From NCBI GenBank assembly GCA_016861265.1, contig BOLA01000001.1:934150-998149 (forward strand): DNA of 64,000 nt, in the 5' to 3' direction. Origin of the DNA: Patescibacteria group bacterium (GTDB lineage: Bacteria; Patescibacteriota; Dojkabacteria; J137). The notes beneath the pieces are model-generated. The model ran no database searches. It saw nothing but the letters and a program-made list of their open reading frames with translations, and had not been told where the DNA came from. A program made the position numbers and the translations under genes. Below are positions 29,488 through 40,043 of this stretch, piece after piece. How positions within the stretch are numbered: position 1 is the stretch's first letter; every line of letters starts with the position of its first letter.

Positions 29488-31283
29488 AGCCAGTTGACTG
29501 TATTCCCATCCCTAGAATATGTATACATATTCCACATATACGTAAACCAGTAACCTCCCATTACTGCAGTATTACCATTTGCAGTTTTAAACCAAACTTT
29601 CTTAACTCTTTTCGAAGGGTCTCTCTCTAATTCAATTTTTGTAACCGCCTCACCAAGATCATTCTGCATATTTCTTGTATAGTTACTAAACTCTTGTCCA
29701 TATGGTCCAAATGAAGAAGGATTATTGATAACAAAGTCTATCATTTCATTCACTTGATGCATCGTGTAGTTTGATGTTTTATAGCTCCAATTCTTATTTC
29801 TGCCACCAGGTAGTGGTACAGCGAACGCAGAGTCATTAACAGACTGTAGATATGGATAATAAGCCCCAGTTCCATCGTATTCTTGGAACATGGTATCCGA
29901 ATTTGCAGTACCCCAACCTTGGTTGTTATCAGCTGAATATAGTGAATTGATTATTTTCTCACTATGAATACTATTAGAGTGTTTAATTACAATACCTCTT
30001 GTTTCCAAAGCTGCCCATGAGGAGTAATTGGAACCATTATATACCTGGCATGATGCCGTAGAACATATGTTTGGATTATAGAGTGCATAAGTTCTGTAAG
30101 CAATTACCTGTGCTTTAATAGCTTCTTCTGGCCAACAATCCCATAGCAAATTTGGATTATCAATGACATATTTATTTGGATTTTCAGAAACTTGTTGTGT
30201 TGAGCCACAGGCTCTTCCGGGTACTTCTCCTTGACCCGCAACATATTCTTCTATATTTCGTGGTCCATATCCGCTAACATTTACTGTTCTATTTTCATAA
30301 CCACCTTCTAGGTATACACCATTATAATAGAACGCTAGTATTTGAGACGCAGACATCCCAGTTTGTGCTGCACCAAACGCACCCCATTGACTTAAGCCTA
30401 CTTGATGTCCTTGACTATTTATATCATCACCAAACCCACAAAAATATATAGAATTATTTAAATTGTTATCGTCATATATTCCGCATCCCCCAACGCTTTG
30501 TCCACCACCACCTGTTTGTTGTGCAATCTCAGCTTGTCTTCTTAACGCCTCGCTCTGTGCTGCACTTAATTCATTTATCGTCCTGTTTATAGCAGAGATT
30601 TCACCTTCCAATTCCCCAATCTGATTCCCCCCAGAGGCTATAACATAATTATAATATGCAATTGCTTCTTCAATCTGCTGTTTCTTTGCTTCTAGTTCGT
30701 TCTTCTTGTTTTCAAGACTACCCACTGCCGATTCACTGGCATTAATTTGATTGTTTAAGTCTTCAATTTGTGTTCCAACCTCTTTAATGCCATCATCGCT
30801 ATATCCTAATATTTTAGATGCTAGAAACGTTCCCATGTTATTCATTCTAGGATCGTCCAAATTAGCAGATGAAACAAAACTATCTTTTTTTATTCTCCAT
30901 TGCTGGTAAGCTGAATCGAGCGCCCCTTGTTGTTCAACAATCAGTTTTTGCTTAATAGACTCTTTTAAATCATTTTCCTGTTTTAATAGCTCAAGTTGCT
31001 TCTTATTTAATTCCAATTCCTTTACATTAGCTTCGAGTTCAGCCTGAAGTTTTGGTAGTCCTTCTTCGGCATTCGCTAGGTTTGCCTGACTATTTTCAAT
31101 TTCCGTTTGAAGGTTCGAAATATCATTTTTAGTAGCCTCCAGTTGGGCTTTCTGATCGTCAATCTCCTTTTGTATTTCTGCCGCTGTTTGTGCTTGAGGC
31201 GTGATATTAATGAAGGGCGTAAAACCTACAGCTGCAATTAAGAGAATTATAAGAAGTTTTTTAAGTGTAAATTTAATAGTCAT
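29454..31283 (-). CDS. secreted coiled-coil protein with C-terminal SpoIID/LytB-like domain (peptidoglycan remodelling)
   Basis: Start MTIKFTLKKLLIILL (signal); ~250 aa heptad-rich coiled coil; C-terminal GHQVGLSQWGAFGAAQTGMSASQILAFYYNG matches SpoIID/LytB. Confidence 0.6.
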   Translation of the reverse strand: MTIKFTLKKLLIILLIAAVGFTPFINITPQAQTAAEIQKEIDDQKAQLEATKNDISNLQTEIENSQANLANAEEGLPKLQAELEANVKELELNKKQLELLKQENDLKESIKQKLIVEQQGALDSAYQQWRIKKDSFVSSANLDDPRMNNMGTFLASKILGYSDDGIKEVGTQIEDLNNQINASESAVGSLENKKNELEAKKQQIEEAIAYYNYVIASGGNQIGELEGEISAINRTINELSAAQSEALRRQAEIAQQTGGGGQSVGGCGIYDDNNLNNSIYFCGFGDDINSQGHQVGLSQWGAFGAAQTGMSASQILAFYYNGVYLEGGYENRTVNVSGYGPRNIEEYVAGQGEVPGRACGSTQQVSENPNKYVIDNPNLLWDCWPEEAIKAQVIAYRTYALYNPNICSTASCQVYNGSNYSSWAALETRGIVIKHSNSIHSEKIINSLYSADNNQGWGTANSDTMFQEYDGTGAYYPYLQSVNDSAFAVPLPGGRNKNWSYKTSNYTMHQVNEMIDFVINNPSSFGPYGQEFSNYTRNMQNDLGEAVTKIELERDPSKRVKKVWFKTANGNTAVMGGYWFTYMWNMYTYSRDGNTVNWLWSQTFFLHIV

Positions 31284-31372
31284 AGTGCTGCTAACAGTAT
31301 AAAGACTATAGAATGGTTTGGCAAATTGCGGAGGAATAGGGCGAAGTTTTACTTCGCCCCTCACTTGGTTGA

Positions 31373-31693
31373 CTATTGTTCAAGGGTGAGTAACACCTCG
31401 TTTAGAAACTGTTCGTCAACTTGTGATTTATGTTGGATGTCCAGACCACTTAATTCAAACGAGAAATCAGCTCTCATCTGATTTAAACGATCCTTAATCC
31501 AGTATAAACCGCTAAACAGGTTAAGTCTTTGCGCGATCAAAATGTCACCGTTGCACTCTTCATAAAGCTTGCTTGCGGTCGCATAAAATGCTGCTGCCAA
31601 GCCTTTCTTTGAAAGTGCAAGTACACGCTGATCTTCGCATTTCAATTGTACCCCTGTTAAAAGTACAATTTCGGCATCTTCTACGGCAATCAT
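31373..31693 (-). CDS. hypothetical protein
   Basis: 106 aa ORF, GC slightly above background. Confidence 0.35.
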   Translation of the reverse strand: MIAVEDAEIVLLTGVQLKCEDQRVLALSKKGLAAAFYATASKLYEECNGDILIAQRLNLFSGLYWIKDRLNQMRADFSFELSGLDIQHKSQVDEQFLNEVLLTLEQ

Positions 31694-31769
31694 GACTGAC
31701 TCCTAATATGCTTTGGACTGGGTATTGTAGCTTTAAATAGTTTAAAAGTCGATAGAACTACTTTGTATA

Positions 31770-32885
31770 CTAGATCTTTATATTAGCGTATTCCTTTTCA
31801 GCATCATTCCAAAATTCATCAAAAGTTCTATACTTATCCATTAGATTTTCGAAAATAAAGGATCTGTACTCTTTCTTGCCCGGCCAATGTTCTGTGGTTG
31901 GGTATTGAATAGATATAATATCTTTACATCTATTTAAATTCTTTAAGTTGCATATTTCTCCGGTATATATTTTTAACTCAGGAATATTTTTTGCTAGCTG
32001 CATTATAAAGTCTATTCTTTTTTTATTCATAGGGTATTTATTAAAGTGACTTGGTTCTAAAACCAATATTCTTTGTGCGTTTTTTGTTGAATGCCAATTC
32101 GGCTTAAGATTCCAAATACTGTAAAGCAGTACCGGAACCTGTGGGTCAACTTCATTAATTTGGGATTGGGGCAAAGTAGTTATAAATTCAAAATCTTTAA
32201 ATGCTTCTTGTAAATGTCTTGGAATGCTCATCCGTTTTATTTCGGATATGGGTTTGTCAATAAACGAATTAATCTGATTCTGCTGATGGTATTTATTTAC
32301 AATGTCTTGATTAAAATAGTACTTATTATTGTTAAAGGTACCGGCCACTGTTTGCCAGCTTAGAATATTAATTGCGATGTCTCCGTCAAGACTATTATAG
32401 TAGAGCCATTTGCTAGGGAGCTTCCAATGTGTTTTAGCAATATTGCATACTAGAGATGCCAGCCATAATCTGGCTTGGTTATGCATATGTCCTATTGAAT
32501 ATAAATTCCTTAGCTCTAAATCTAATGCATCTATTCCTGTTTGAGCATCAACTATACATTTGAGAAGTTTTCTATTAACCACTCCATCTTGCTCACAGTC
32601 AATGTCTTCTTCAATAATATTTTTAAAGTTAAACCATACCATGTGTAGATATTCTCTCCATGCAAGTTCAAATATAAAGGTAAAAGCCTCCCTTTTGTTG
32701 TATCTGCTTAGAACTGTATGTGCAACATCTCTGGTTGACACGACACCATGGGTTAGGTAAGGGGATATTAAAGTTGTGTTACCATTCAGATAATTTCGGG
32801 TTTTGCTGTAATCAACGGGATTTATTCTTAACAATCTACTTTGTATAGCTTTAAAATCTGTAGGAAACAAAGTGGATTTATCCAT
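31770..32885 (-). CDS. photolyase/cryptochrome-family FAD-binding-domain protein (lacks N-terminal alpha/beta domain)
   Basis: GNTTLISPYLTHGVVSTRDV (photolyase TxLSPYLxFGxxSxR motif) and ELAWREY; 371 aa begins directly in the FAD-binding region. Confidence 0.6.
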   Translation of the reverse strand: MDKSTLFPTDFKAIQSRLLRINPVDYSKTRNYLNGNTTLISPYLTHGVVSTRDVAHTVLSRYNKREAFTFIFELAWREYLHMVWFNFKNIIEEDIDCEQDGVVNRKLLKCIVDAQTGIDALDLELRNLYSIGHMHNQARLWLASLVCNIAKTHWKLPSKWLYYNSLDGDIAINILSWQTVAGTFNNNKYYFNQDIVNKYHQQNQINSFIDKPISEIKRMSIPRHLQEAFKDFEFITTLPQSQINEVDPQVPVLLYSIWNLKPNWHSTKNAQRILVLEPSHFNKYPMNKKRIDFIMQLAKNIPELKIYTGEICNLKNLNRCKDIISIQYPTTEHWPGKKEYRSFIFENLMDKYRTFDEFWNDAEKEYANIKI

Positions 32886-33009
32886 TTATTTAAAATCTGA
32901 AAATTTTGATACAGTTTTAAATATACCCTATTTTTATTAAATTTGTGAAAGTTTTTTGACACTGAATGAGTGGCCTTGGTCATTTCCCAAGGCCACTCAT
33001 TGTTAACGG

Positions 33010-33693
33010 TTATCTTTTTTTGAATAAATAATAAACAGTCAAGAATACTGAAGAAACAAAAAAAGCGAAGAAGAATTGTTCAAACGGAATTGAACCTAAA
33101 TAAAAACCCGTTACTGCATTCTTTGTATGAGTTATAAATGGACTCCCGGTTAATATTAATGCAACAACAATAAATGTTATTAACGAAAAAATTGAATATA
33201 TATAAAAATTCTTTGTTAAGAAAACATTCTTTACCTTAAAGAAGCTTATAGCAATCATTAATATTGTCATTAACAAAAATATATTGCTTGTAAGTGCATG
33301 TGCTGAAAATATTAGTGCTAGTGCAGCATATGTAAATGCAAATAGATAAAAGAATGTATTATCAAGTGCAATCCTTTTTTCGGTGAACTTGATATTAATT
33401 AATTCATATAATGCAATTGATGCAAAAGGGGCTGCAAATAAAAATAAACAGAGTTCCATTGGAATATTACCTAACATTAAACCTGTTGTGAACTTAGTGT
33501 TTAGTTGTAAGTCTCCTCTGGATACTAACAGCGATACTAATAGCGTTATTAAAGTTCCCACTACTGAATAGGTCTTTACATAATTGAGTAGAATTCTTTG
33601 TACACTTGGAATTTTAAAATAAAGATTAGCCGCAAACGGGGCTATTAACAAAACAATGCTTAACAGAAGAAAGTAATATTGCTGTGGTTGCAT
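33010..33693 (-). CDS. polytopic membrane protein, hypothetical
   Basis: 227 aa, 6-7 TM helices. Confidence 0.4.
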   Translation of the reverse strand: MQPQQYYFLLLSIVLLIAPFAANLYFKIPSVQRILLNYVKTYSVVGTLITLLVSLLVSRGDLQLNTKFTTGLMLGNIPMELCLFLFAAPFASIALYELINIKFTEKRIALDNTFFYLFAFTYAALALIFSAHALTSNIFLLMTILMIAISFFKVKNVFLTKNFYIYSIFSLITFIVVALILTGSPFITHTKNAVTGFYLGSIPFEQFFFAFFVSSVFLTVYYLFKKR

Positions 33694-33861
33694 AAAACTA
33701 ATAACTAAAATAAATATTTATAAAGTGTAACACTACTCTATTTTTAATTTATAGATATGAATTTTAGGTTAATTCTTTATTTTTAATATAGGAATAATAT
33801 TATAGGTTAGTTATATAGAAATCACATACTACAGGTTTCAAGCCTTGAATTAGTAATCTTG

Positions 33862-34656
33862 TTACAGTGGAAGATCTTTTAATATTTGTTTAAAATTTGG
33901 AAATATCTTGGGTGTTATGCTTTTGTATTCTTGATATTCCAAACTTTCCTTTCTTCTATTTTCTACAAGATTAATTCCGGTAAACTTGAGTAAGAAAAGA
34001 GTAATTACTATTGGTGAAATTATTCCTATATACCAATATCTAGAAGGAATTATTAATATTAGAATGGAAGACCACATAATAATTTCACCTAAATAATTGG
34101 GGTGTCTGGTATATTTCCATAACCCTTTTTTCATTACTTTTTCACTATCTGGTGTAGTTTGTTTAAACTTGTACAACTGCAAATCTGCAATGGATTCTAC
34201 TAAAAATCCAACTAACCATAAAACTGCAGCTATGTAATTTAAGGTAGTAATTGATTCACTTTTAAAGTTAACTGTTGCAATAATTGCTGCAGAGTTTACG
34301 ACAACTAATATTATGGCTTGGATAACGAATACACCTAAATAGCTTCGGTTAAGCCATTTGGTTCCAAATTTATTTTTTAATTTCTCATATCTAAAATCTT
34401 CTTTGTTATAGTTTCTTATTACTAGGTAGGTAGCTAACCGAATGCCCCAGAATAGAAGCATTAGTAAAATTAAATTTTGAACAATGCCTCCGCTTTTGTT
34501 AATTAGATAGGAAATGAAATAAACCACAAAAAAGCCTGTTGACCAGGCTACATCTGCCAGCCATAGTTTCTTTAATTTTGTAGTTATAAACCAAAAGACA
34601 GTAAAATAAACTATACTTGTAAGCAACGCAATTGTGAATGAAGCCAAGTATTGCAT
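33862..34656 (-). CDS. DUF1295-family membrane protein (steroid-5-alpha-reductase/ICMT-like fold)
   Basis: 264 aa; TRHPNYLGE signature. Confidence 0.65.
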   Translation of the reverse strand: MQYLASFTIALLTSIVYFTVFWFITTKLKKLWLADVAWSTGFFVVYFISYLINKSGGIVQNLILLMLLFWGIRLATYLVIRNYNKEDFRYEKLKNKFGTKWLNRSYLGVFVIQAIILVVVNSAAIIATVNFKSESITTLNYIAAVLWLVGFLVESIADLQLYKFKQTTPDSEKVMKKGLWKYTRHPNYLGEIIMWSSILILIIPSRYWYIGIISPIVITLFLLKFTGINLVENRRKESLEYQEYKSITPKIFPNFKQILKDLPL

Positions 34657-34658
34657 GT

Positions 34659-35333
34659 TTAGGCTAAGCCTTGCTGAGCTTTATCAAAAATAAATCCCGG
34701 TACTATCTCTTCCTCATACTCATCTATTCCTTTTCTTTCGAGTACCTTTAAATTCATGTCTGTTGTTGGACAAACTAATCTTCCGCCATTTACTTTTAAT
34801 TGCATTTTTAAACTGTCTGGAATTGTGTCTAAGGCAAATGCAACATGAATTCCGTCGAATGGTGCTTTTTGAGGTAAACCAGTGACTCCATCTCTGTATA
34901 AGAAGTCAATATTCTTAATATCAGGGTATTTTTTTGCGTTCATAGAAGCTTGTTCCCAAATCCATTGGACTCGTTCCATTGTATAAACATGACCTTCTTC
35001 CCCGGCAATGAATGCCAAAAGCATTGCAGAATAGCCTGTACCGGTCCCAATATCTAAGTATCTTCCACCAAATTCAGGCTTTAAAACTGCAATCATTTGA
35101 GCAATTACGGTAGGTTTATTTAGAACTTGGCTATAGCCAATGTCCAATTCGACATCGTTATATGCTTGCTCTTTTAGTGTATCAGGTAAAAAGTCTTTTC
35201 TATCTATTCTATTTAACGCATTTACAATCAATGGATCGGTAACTATTGGATTTCTTGCCATAGTTAATACCTTAATTAAATATTCTTTTGTCCATTTAAA
35301 GACTGCTCCTGCGTCAAAAGTTTTAATTTTCAT
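34659..35333 (-). CDS. pcm: protein-L-isoaspartate O-methyltransferase
   Basis: LDIGTGTGYSAMLLA SAM-binding motif, …GGRLVCP post-II motif; 224 aa. Confidence 0.75.
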   Translation of the reverse strand: MKIKTFDAGAVFKWTKEYLIKVLTMARNPIVTDPLIVNALNRIDRKDFLPDTLKEQAYNDVELDIGYSQVLNKPTVIAQMIAVLKPEFGGRYLDIGTGTGYSAMLLAFIAGEEGHVYTMERVQWIWEQASMNAKKYPDIKNIDFLYRDGVTGLPQKAPFDGIHVAFALDTIPDSLKMQLKVNGGRLVCPTTDMNLKVLERKGIDEYEEEIVPGFIFDKAQQGLA

Positions 35334-35451
35334 AATATAGGAATAAACTTAATAATTATTTATAGCATACTACAAAGTTTATAAAAATTAATAGATGGTA
35401 TAATGGAAATTGCAAATTTTGCGTAACAACAGTATTTTTAGAATTAAACTA

Positions 35452-36801
35452 ATGGCACATAAACTTGACTATAAAAAGGTCATTCTACCTAATGGATTAA
35501 CATGTATTCTTTACAGAAGAGCCGAGGTTCACTCAGTTGATATATCGGTTGATGTGGAAGTCGGAGCTCTAGACGAGACAAACGAAATAAATGGAGTTTC
35601 TCATTTGGTTGAACATCTACCCTTCGATGGTACTGCAGATATGTCCTCTTGGGAAAAAGTAGATGAATTTAACAATAGTATTTCGGGTAGTTCTAACGCC
35701 TATACATCCTCGTCAGAAACCAGCTATTATGGTCATTATCCGTATCAATATTTTGAAGAAGCTCTATTCTATCTATCTCAACTAGTATTTCACCCTTTAC
35801 ACAAAGAAGAAGATATAGATAAAGAAAGGGACATTATTATTGATGAACTAAAAACAAGAGCAGACTCTGTTGATTTTAAAATCTATAGAAATATTATAGA
35901 TAATAGGTATTTACAAACAAATACACCTTATAGCTTCGATGTAATTGGTACCGAAGATAATGTAAAGAGATTTAAAAGAGAGGAAATATTAAAGCATCAT
36001 AGAAAATACTATATTCCAGAAAACATTAAAGTATTTATCGTTGGTAACTTTGAGTACGATCAAGCCGAAAAGCTTCTGAAGAAGTACTTTTACAATAATC
36101 TAAAAAGTATTAGTTTTGATTCAAAATCAAAAAGAGAGTTTCAGTATACATATCCTGAATATTCTAAATTCAAGATTTCTACTGTCCAGAAGCAGGACCT
36201 AGATCAGTATTACCTAACCTTTACTTTCCCAAGACCTGAATTCAAAAAAACAAAACAGGCGCATAGAATTAAACTTCCTTTTCTGTCTGCCCTAACCGCA
36301 TCCGGGCAATATCAGCAAAGCATTTTATGGAAACGACTTCGAGAAGAATTAGGGATTGTATATGGTGTTTCAGCATATGGCTGGGATTATTTTAATAGAG
36401 CCTTTGCAATTGTAGAAACGTCTTTTCAACCTCAGTATTTAGAACAGGTTTTAACCGAAATCTACAACGGCATAAACAAAATCAAAACTAAAGAAATAAG
36501 TGATTCAGTATTTAAGACTCGACAAAAAAGAATAGTTGACACAGAATTAATGATTTACGATAGTCCAAGCAATGTATTAAATTGGATTATGGATCAAGAA
36601 AACGAATATGAATACCATAAAGAATTTATGAATCCTTCTGAGTTTATAGAGCAAATTAAGAGAATGGAATTTGACGAGGTTATAGATATAGCAAACGAAG
36701 TTTATGATTGGAACAATGTAAATATTGGAGTTGTTACCAAGGAGGATGCGAATCAAGTTCAACAACAAGTAGAAAGTATATGGAAGAAGATAACAGCATA
36801 A
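35452..36801 (+). CDS. M16 (pitrilysin/insulinase) family zinc peptidase
   Basis: HLVEHLPF (HxxEH) zinc motif; ATG at 35452 preferred over the TTG at 35410. Confidence 0.75.
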   Translation: MAHKLDYKKVILPNGLTCILYRRAEVHSVDISVDVEVGALDETNEINGVSHLVEHLPFDGTADMSSWEKVDEFNNSISGSSNAYTSSSETSYYGHYPYQYFEEALFYLSQLVFHPLHKEEDIDKERDIIIDELKTRADSVDFKIYRNIIDNRYLQTNTPYSFDVIGTEDNVKRFKREEILKHHRKYYIPENIKVFIVGNFEYDQAEKLLKKYFYNNLKSISFDSKSKREFQYTYPEYSKFKISTVQKQDLDQYYLTFTFPRPEFKKTKQAHRIKLPFLSALTASGQYQQSILWKRLREELGIVYGVSAYGWDYFNRAFAIVETSFQPQYLEQVLTEIYNGINKIKTKEISDSVFKTRQKRIVDTELMIYDSPSNVLNWIMDQENEYEYHKEFMNPSEFIEQIKRMEFDEVIDIANEVYDWNNVNIGVVTKEDANQVQQQVESIWKKITA

Positions 36802-37058
36802 AAAAACGAAAAGATGGAAAACCTTGGATAAGTCTAGATCCAAAAATCAAGATGAGTGATTTAACAATTACTTATCCTGAACTTATAGAGCCGCTTACCT
36901 ACGACTACGGTCTGCACTGTGTAAACTGCATGATTGCTGAATTCGATACATTGGAAGAAGGGGCAGTAATTCACGGAATCGAAGGTGAGGATTTTACTGA
37001 TATGATTAAGGATTTAGAAGATATAATTAATAATCCTGATGAGCAAGAATTAGATTAA
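36780..37058 (+). CDS. DUF1858-domain small protein
   Basis: ITYPELIEPLTYDYGLHCVNCMIAEFDTLEEGAVIHGI matches the DUF1858 signature; start choice (36780 vs 36852) uncertain. Confidence 0.55.
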   Translation: MEEDNSIKKRKDGKPWISLDPKIKMSDLTITYPELIEPLTYDYGLHCVNCMIAEFDTLEEGAVIHGIEGEDFTDMIKDLEDIINNPDEQELD

Positions 37059-37430
37059 TCATTGTTCTGTCTCCATAACTTGGGATTCACTTCTTCTTAT
37101 CATCGACAAGTATGTAGTCTTAAGTCCTTCCGCTTCTTTGTCTCCTTGTTCCATTCGAACATTGTAACTATTTACAATCTGAATAGTTAAGTAATTGCTA
37201 CTAAGTATCTCGTCTTCAGGGAATTCGGCCCGAATCCTTTCGCATAATAAAGGAGCAGCGAGTGGGAACTCAATTACAACAGAATCAATAAATTTCTTCA
37301 CGTCGTCTTTGGATTTTTTTCTTGCCTTTACCTCAATCAGTAGTGCTTCAAGCTCTCGCTCTACTGTAACTATTTGACTGTCAATTTGGTGTCTTGCTTG
37401 TTTACCAGATTCAATTAGTATTGTTGTCAT
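37059..37430 (-). CDS. hypothetical protein
   Basis: 123 aa ORF immediately downstream of miaA (20-nt overlap). Confidence 0.4.
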   Translation of the reverse strand: MTTILIESGKQARHQIDSQIVTVERELEALLIEVKARKKSKDDVKKFIDSVVIEFPLAAPLLCERIRAEFPEDEILSSNYLTIQIVNSYNVRMEQGDKEAEGLKTTYLSMIRRSESQVMETEQ

Positions 37431-38328
37431 AAAATTTGTTTACAATTTCTTCCGCTTGTTTTGCGCTTTCAATTTTTATTAAGTTATATCCTCGACCCTT
37501 TCCTTCGAACCATGTTCTTTGTCTTTTGGCGTATTGTCGGTGAGAAATTTTAACAAGTTCAATACATTCCTGTAAACTAATGTCTTCATTTAGCATGTCA
37601 ATAACTTCTTTGTATCCGGTACCAGTCAGTGCTACGGAATCCTTTTTAAAACCTAAATTCAATACTGTCTTAACTTCTTCTACTAATCCTTCCTTAAACA
37701 TTTGCTCTACTCTGTCGCTAATTTTTTCAATTAGTTCTTCCCAGTTATTTTTGGGATATAAAAATACATAATCATAATGATTATCGCTAGTTTCTACTTT
37801 TGGTTTAGCCGATAACTTCTCAATTAATCTGACTATTCTTTGAGGATTTGATTTATCACTGGAATTTAAGTTTTCATAATTTTCGGGATGCTTGTTCTTT
37901 AATATTTCTTGAAGATCAGCCAGACTCTTAGTCTCTAGCTCCTTCCGTAATTCCAAATCTTGGGCTCCGCTTAGTTGGTAATTTTTTATGATTGAGTCAA
38001 TGTAAAGTCCTGTACCCCCAACAATAATTGGTAACTTCTCTTTCTCGATTATTGAATCAATTAGTTTTATAGCTGCATCTTTAAACTCAAACACACTAAA
38101 TCTTTTATCCGGATTTAGAAAACTAATCAGGTGAATGGGAATATTCTTTATATAGTATTGATTATCTTTTAATTCGATATCGCCTTTGTTTGTACCAATA
38201 TTCAAGTACTTATAAACTTGCCTAGAATCAGCATTAATTAACTCCCCATTAAATTTTTGAGCAAGATTAACTGCTAAATTTGTTTTACCGGAAGCCGTTG
38301 GTCCGCCTATAAATACTATCTTTTTCAT
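37411..38328 (-). CDS. miaA: tRNA dimethylallyltransferase
   Basis: IVFIGGPTASGKTNLAVNLA…ELINADSRQVYKYLNIGTNK. Confidence 0.9.
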   Translation of the reverse strand: MKKIVFIGGPTASGKTNLAVNLAQKFNGELINADSRQVYKYLNIGTNKGDIELKDNQYYIKNIPIHLISFLNPDKRFSVFEFKDAAIKLIDSIIEKEKLPIIVGGTGLYIDSIIKNYQLSGAQDLELRKELETKSLADLQEILKNKHPENYENLNSSDKSNPQRIVRLIEKLSAKPKVETSDNHYDYVFLYPKNNWEELIEKISDRVEQMFKEGLVEEVKTVLNLGFKKDSVALTGTGYKEVIDMLNEDISLQECIELVKISHRQYAKRQRTWFEGKGRGYNLIKIESAKQAEEIVNKFYDNNTN

Positions 38329-38376
38329 ATAAGTTTAATTATACTAAATTGAGTCATTATTTATTCAGTTATTATT

Positions 38377-39738
38377 ATGTTCGGCCAATTTGAAGTCTTT
38401 ATAGAGATCCTTTTAACAATTCTATTTGGAGCAATTCTAGGACTCGAAACCGAAACTAGAGAGATTGAACAAAAGGGTAAAATTAAGGCAACTAGAAACG
38501 AACGGGAAAGAATTGGTGGCGTAAGAACCTATACAGTAATTTCTTTATTTGGCGGAATTGCAGGACTATTTTTTTCGCTTCAGGAATACACTTTGGTCTA
38601 TATTCTCTTTATTGCAATAATCGGACTAATTCTATCTGCTTACGTATTAAATGTTCAGATTAAACATGCATTTGGGCTAACTACCGAAATTGCTGTATTA
38701 ATAGCCTTTATACTTGGTTTTCTTACGACTTCAAGATTAGTTGAAATTTGGGTTGTACTAGTAATTTTAGTTATGCTTGCGTTCTTTTTATCCCAGAAAC
38801 GTGGAATCGGATTATTAATAAATAAAATTCAGCACAAGGAAGTTATAGACGTGGTTAAGTTCTCGCTAGTTGCATTAGTTATTTTGCCAATTTTACCGAA
38901 TACAAGTATAAAAATAATTGATATAGCAAGACTTGCGGAACTCACAGTTGAAAACCAGCAAGTGGGCAATATCACTTTACTTAATCCATTTAATACATGG
39001 CTAATAGTAGTGCTGGTTTCAGGAATTAATTTATTTGGGTATTTTCTTTCCAGAATAGTTGGAACAAAAAGAGGTCTATTACTAACGGCTGCAATAAGCG
39101 GATTTATTTCCTCTACCTCGGCCATAATTTCTTTTGCTGCAAAATCAAAGACAAAAGAGAATAAAAATAACGCACTTTCATTTGCTGGGGCTGCAATGAT
39201 TTCAAACTCTTTTAGTTTCTTTACAATTTCCTTGTTAATGTTTGTAAATTCAAAACAGTTTTTTATAAAGGGTATTTGGCCATTCGTCATAATGTTTGTA
39301 GTAGGTATTATTATAGGTTTAGTATTCCTATACAGAAATAAAGGCGGTCCAAAAAATAGTTTTGAAATTAAATATGAACCATTTTCGGTATTTCCTGCAA
39401 TAAAATTTGTCTTAATAATTGTTGGACTAACTTTACTAATTCAGTTTCTTCAATTATTTCAGGTAAATCAAATATTGGTTTTAGGTATAACGGCCTTATC
39501 TGGTTTCACTGGAATGGATGCTGCAACAATAGCCTTCTCAAATTTATCAAAAGATGGGCTTATCACAGTTGAAATTGGAATAATATCTTTAATACTTGCA
39601 AACGCTATTAATTTTCTTGCAAAAATTCTTTATTCGTTAATAGGTGGGAGCAAACAATTCTTTAGAAAAGTTACACTGGGATTGGGGCTGTCTGCTATAA
39701 TCGGCTTACTGGGCTTACTTTTAATGAATTTGTTTTGA
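38377..39738 (+). CDS. MgtC-family N-terminal domain + DUF4010-like polytopic membrane protein
   Basis: N-terminal LFGAILGLETETRE resembles the MgtC GxxxGLERE motif; ~12 TM helices. Confidence 0.5.
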   Translation: MFGQFEVFIEILLTILFGAILGLETETREIEQKGKIKATRNERERIGGVRTYTVISLFGGIAGLFFSLQEYTLVYILFIAIIGLILSAYVLNVQIKHAFGLTTEIAVLIAFILGFLTTSRLVEIWVVLVILVMLAFFLSQKRGIGLLINKIQHKEVIDVVKFSLVALVILPILPNTSIKIIDIARLAELTVENQQVGNITLLNPFNTWLIVVLVSGINLFGYFLSRIVGTKRGLLLTAAISGFISSTSAIISFAAKSKTKENKNNALSFAGAAMISNSFSFFTISLLMFVNSKQFFIKGIWPFVIMFVVGIIIGLVFLYRNKGGPKNSFEIKYEPFSVFPAIKFVLIIVGLTLLIQFLQLFQVNQILVLGITALSGFTGMDAATIAFSNLSKDGLITVEIGIISLILANAINFLAKILYSLIGGSKQFFRKVTLGLGLSAIIGLLGLLLMNLF

Positions 39739-40043
39739 AGCATTTTATAAAGAATAACCAAACATTTATTTGTGATTACTGCAATAAATTAGTTCCTCAG
39801 CACCCTACATCGAGTCGTGACCATTGTTGCTTTTGCTTATATAGCAAGCACGTTGATGTTAATCCCGGTGACAGACAGAACGGTTGCAAGGGTTTATTAA
39901 TGCCGATTGGAATAAGAACTGCTAATGGTAAGACTCAAATTGTCTATAATTGTACAAAATGTTCGGAAAGAGTTTTTAATATTACTGCTGAAGACGACAA
40001 TAAACCTGCTCTACAAGAATTATATTCAAAAGTTTGGAATTAG
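39735..40043 (+). CDS. RNHCP-domain-like Cys-rich small protein
   Basis: CDYC…SSRDHCCFCLYSKH…CTKC: zinc-ribbon pattern with an RDHCC variant of RNHCP. Confidence 0.45.
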   Translation: MKHFIKNNQTFICDYCNKLVPQHPTSSRDHCCFCLYSKHVDVNPGDRQNGCKGLLMPIGIRTANGKTQIVYNCTKCSERVFNITAEDDNKPALQELYSKVWN

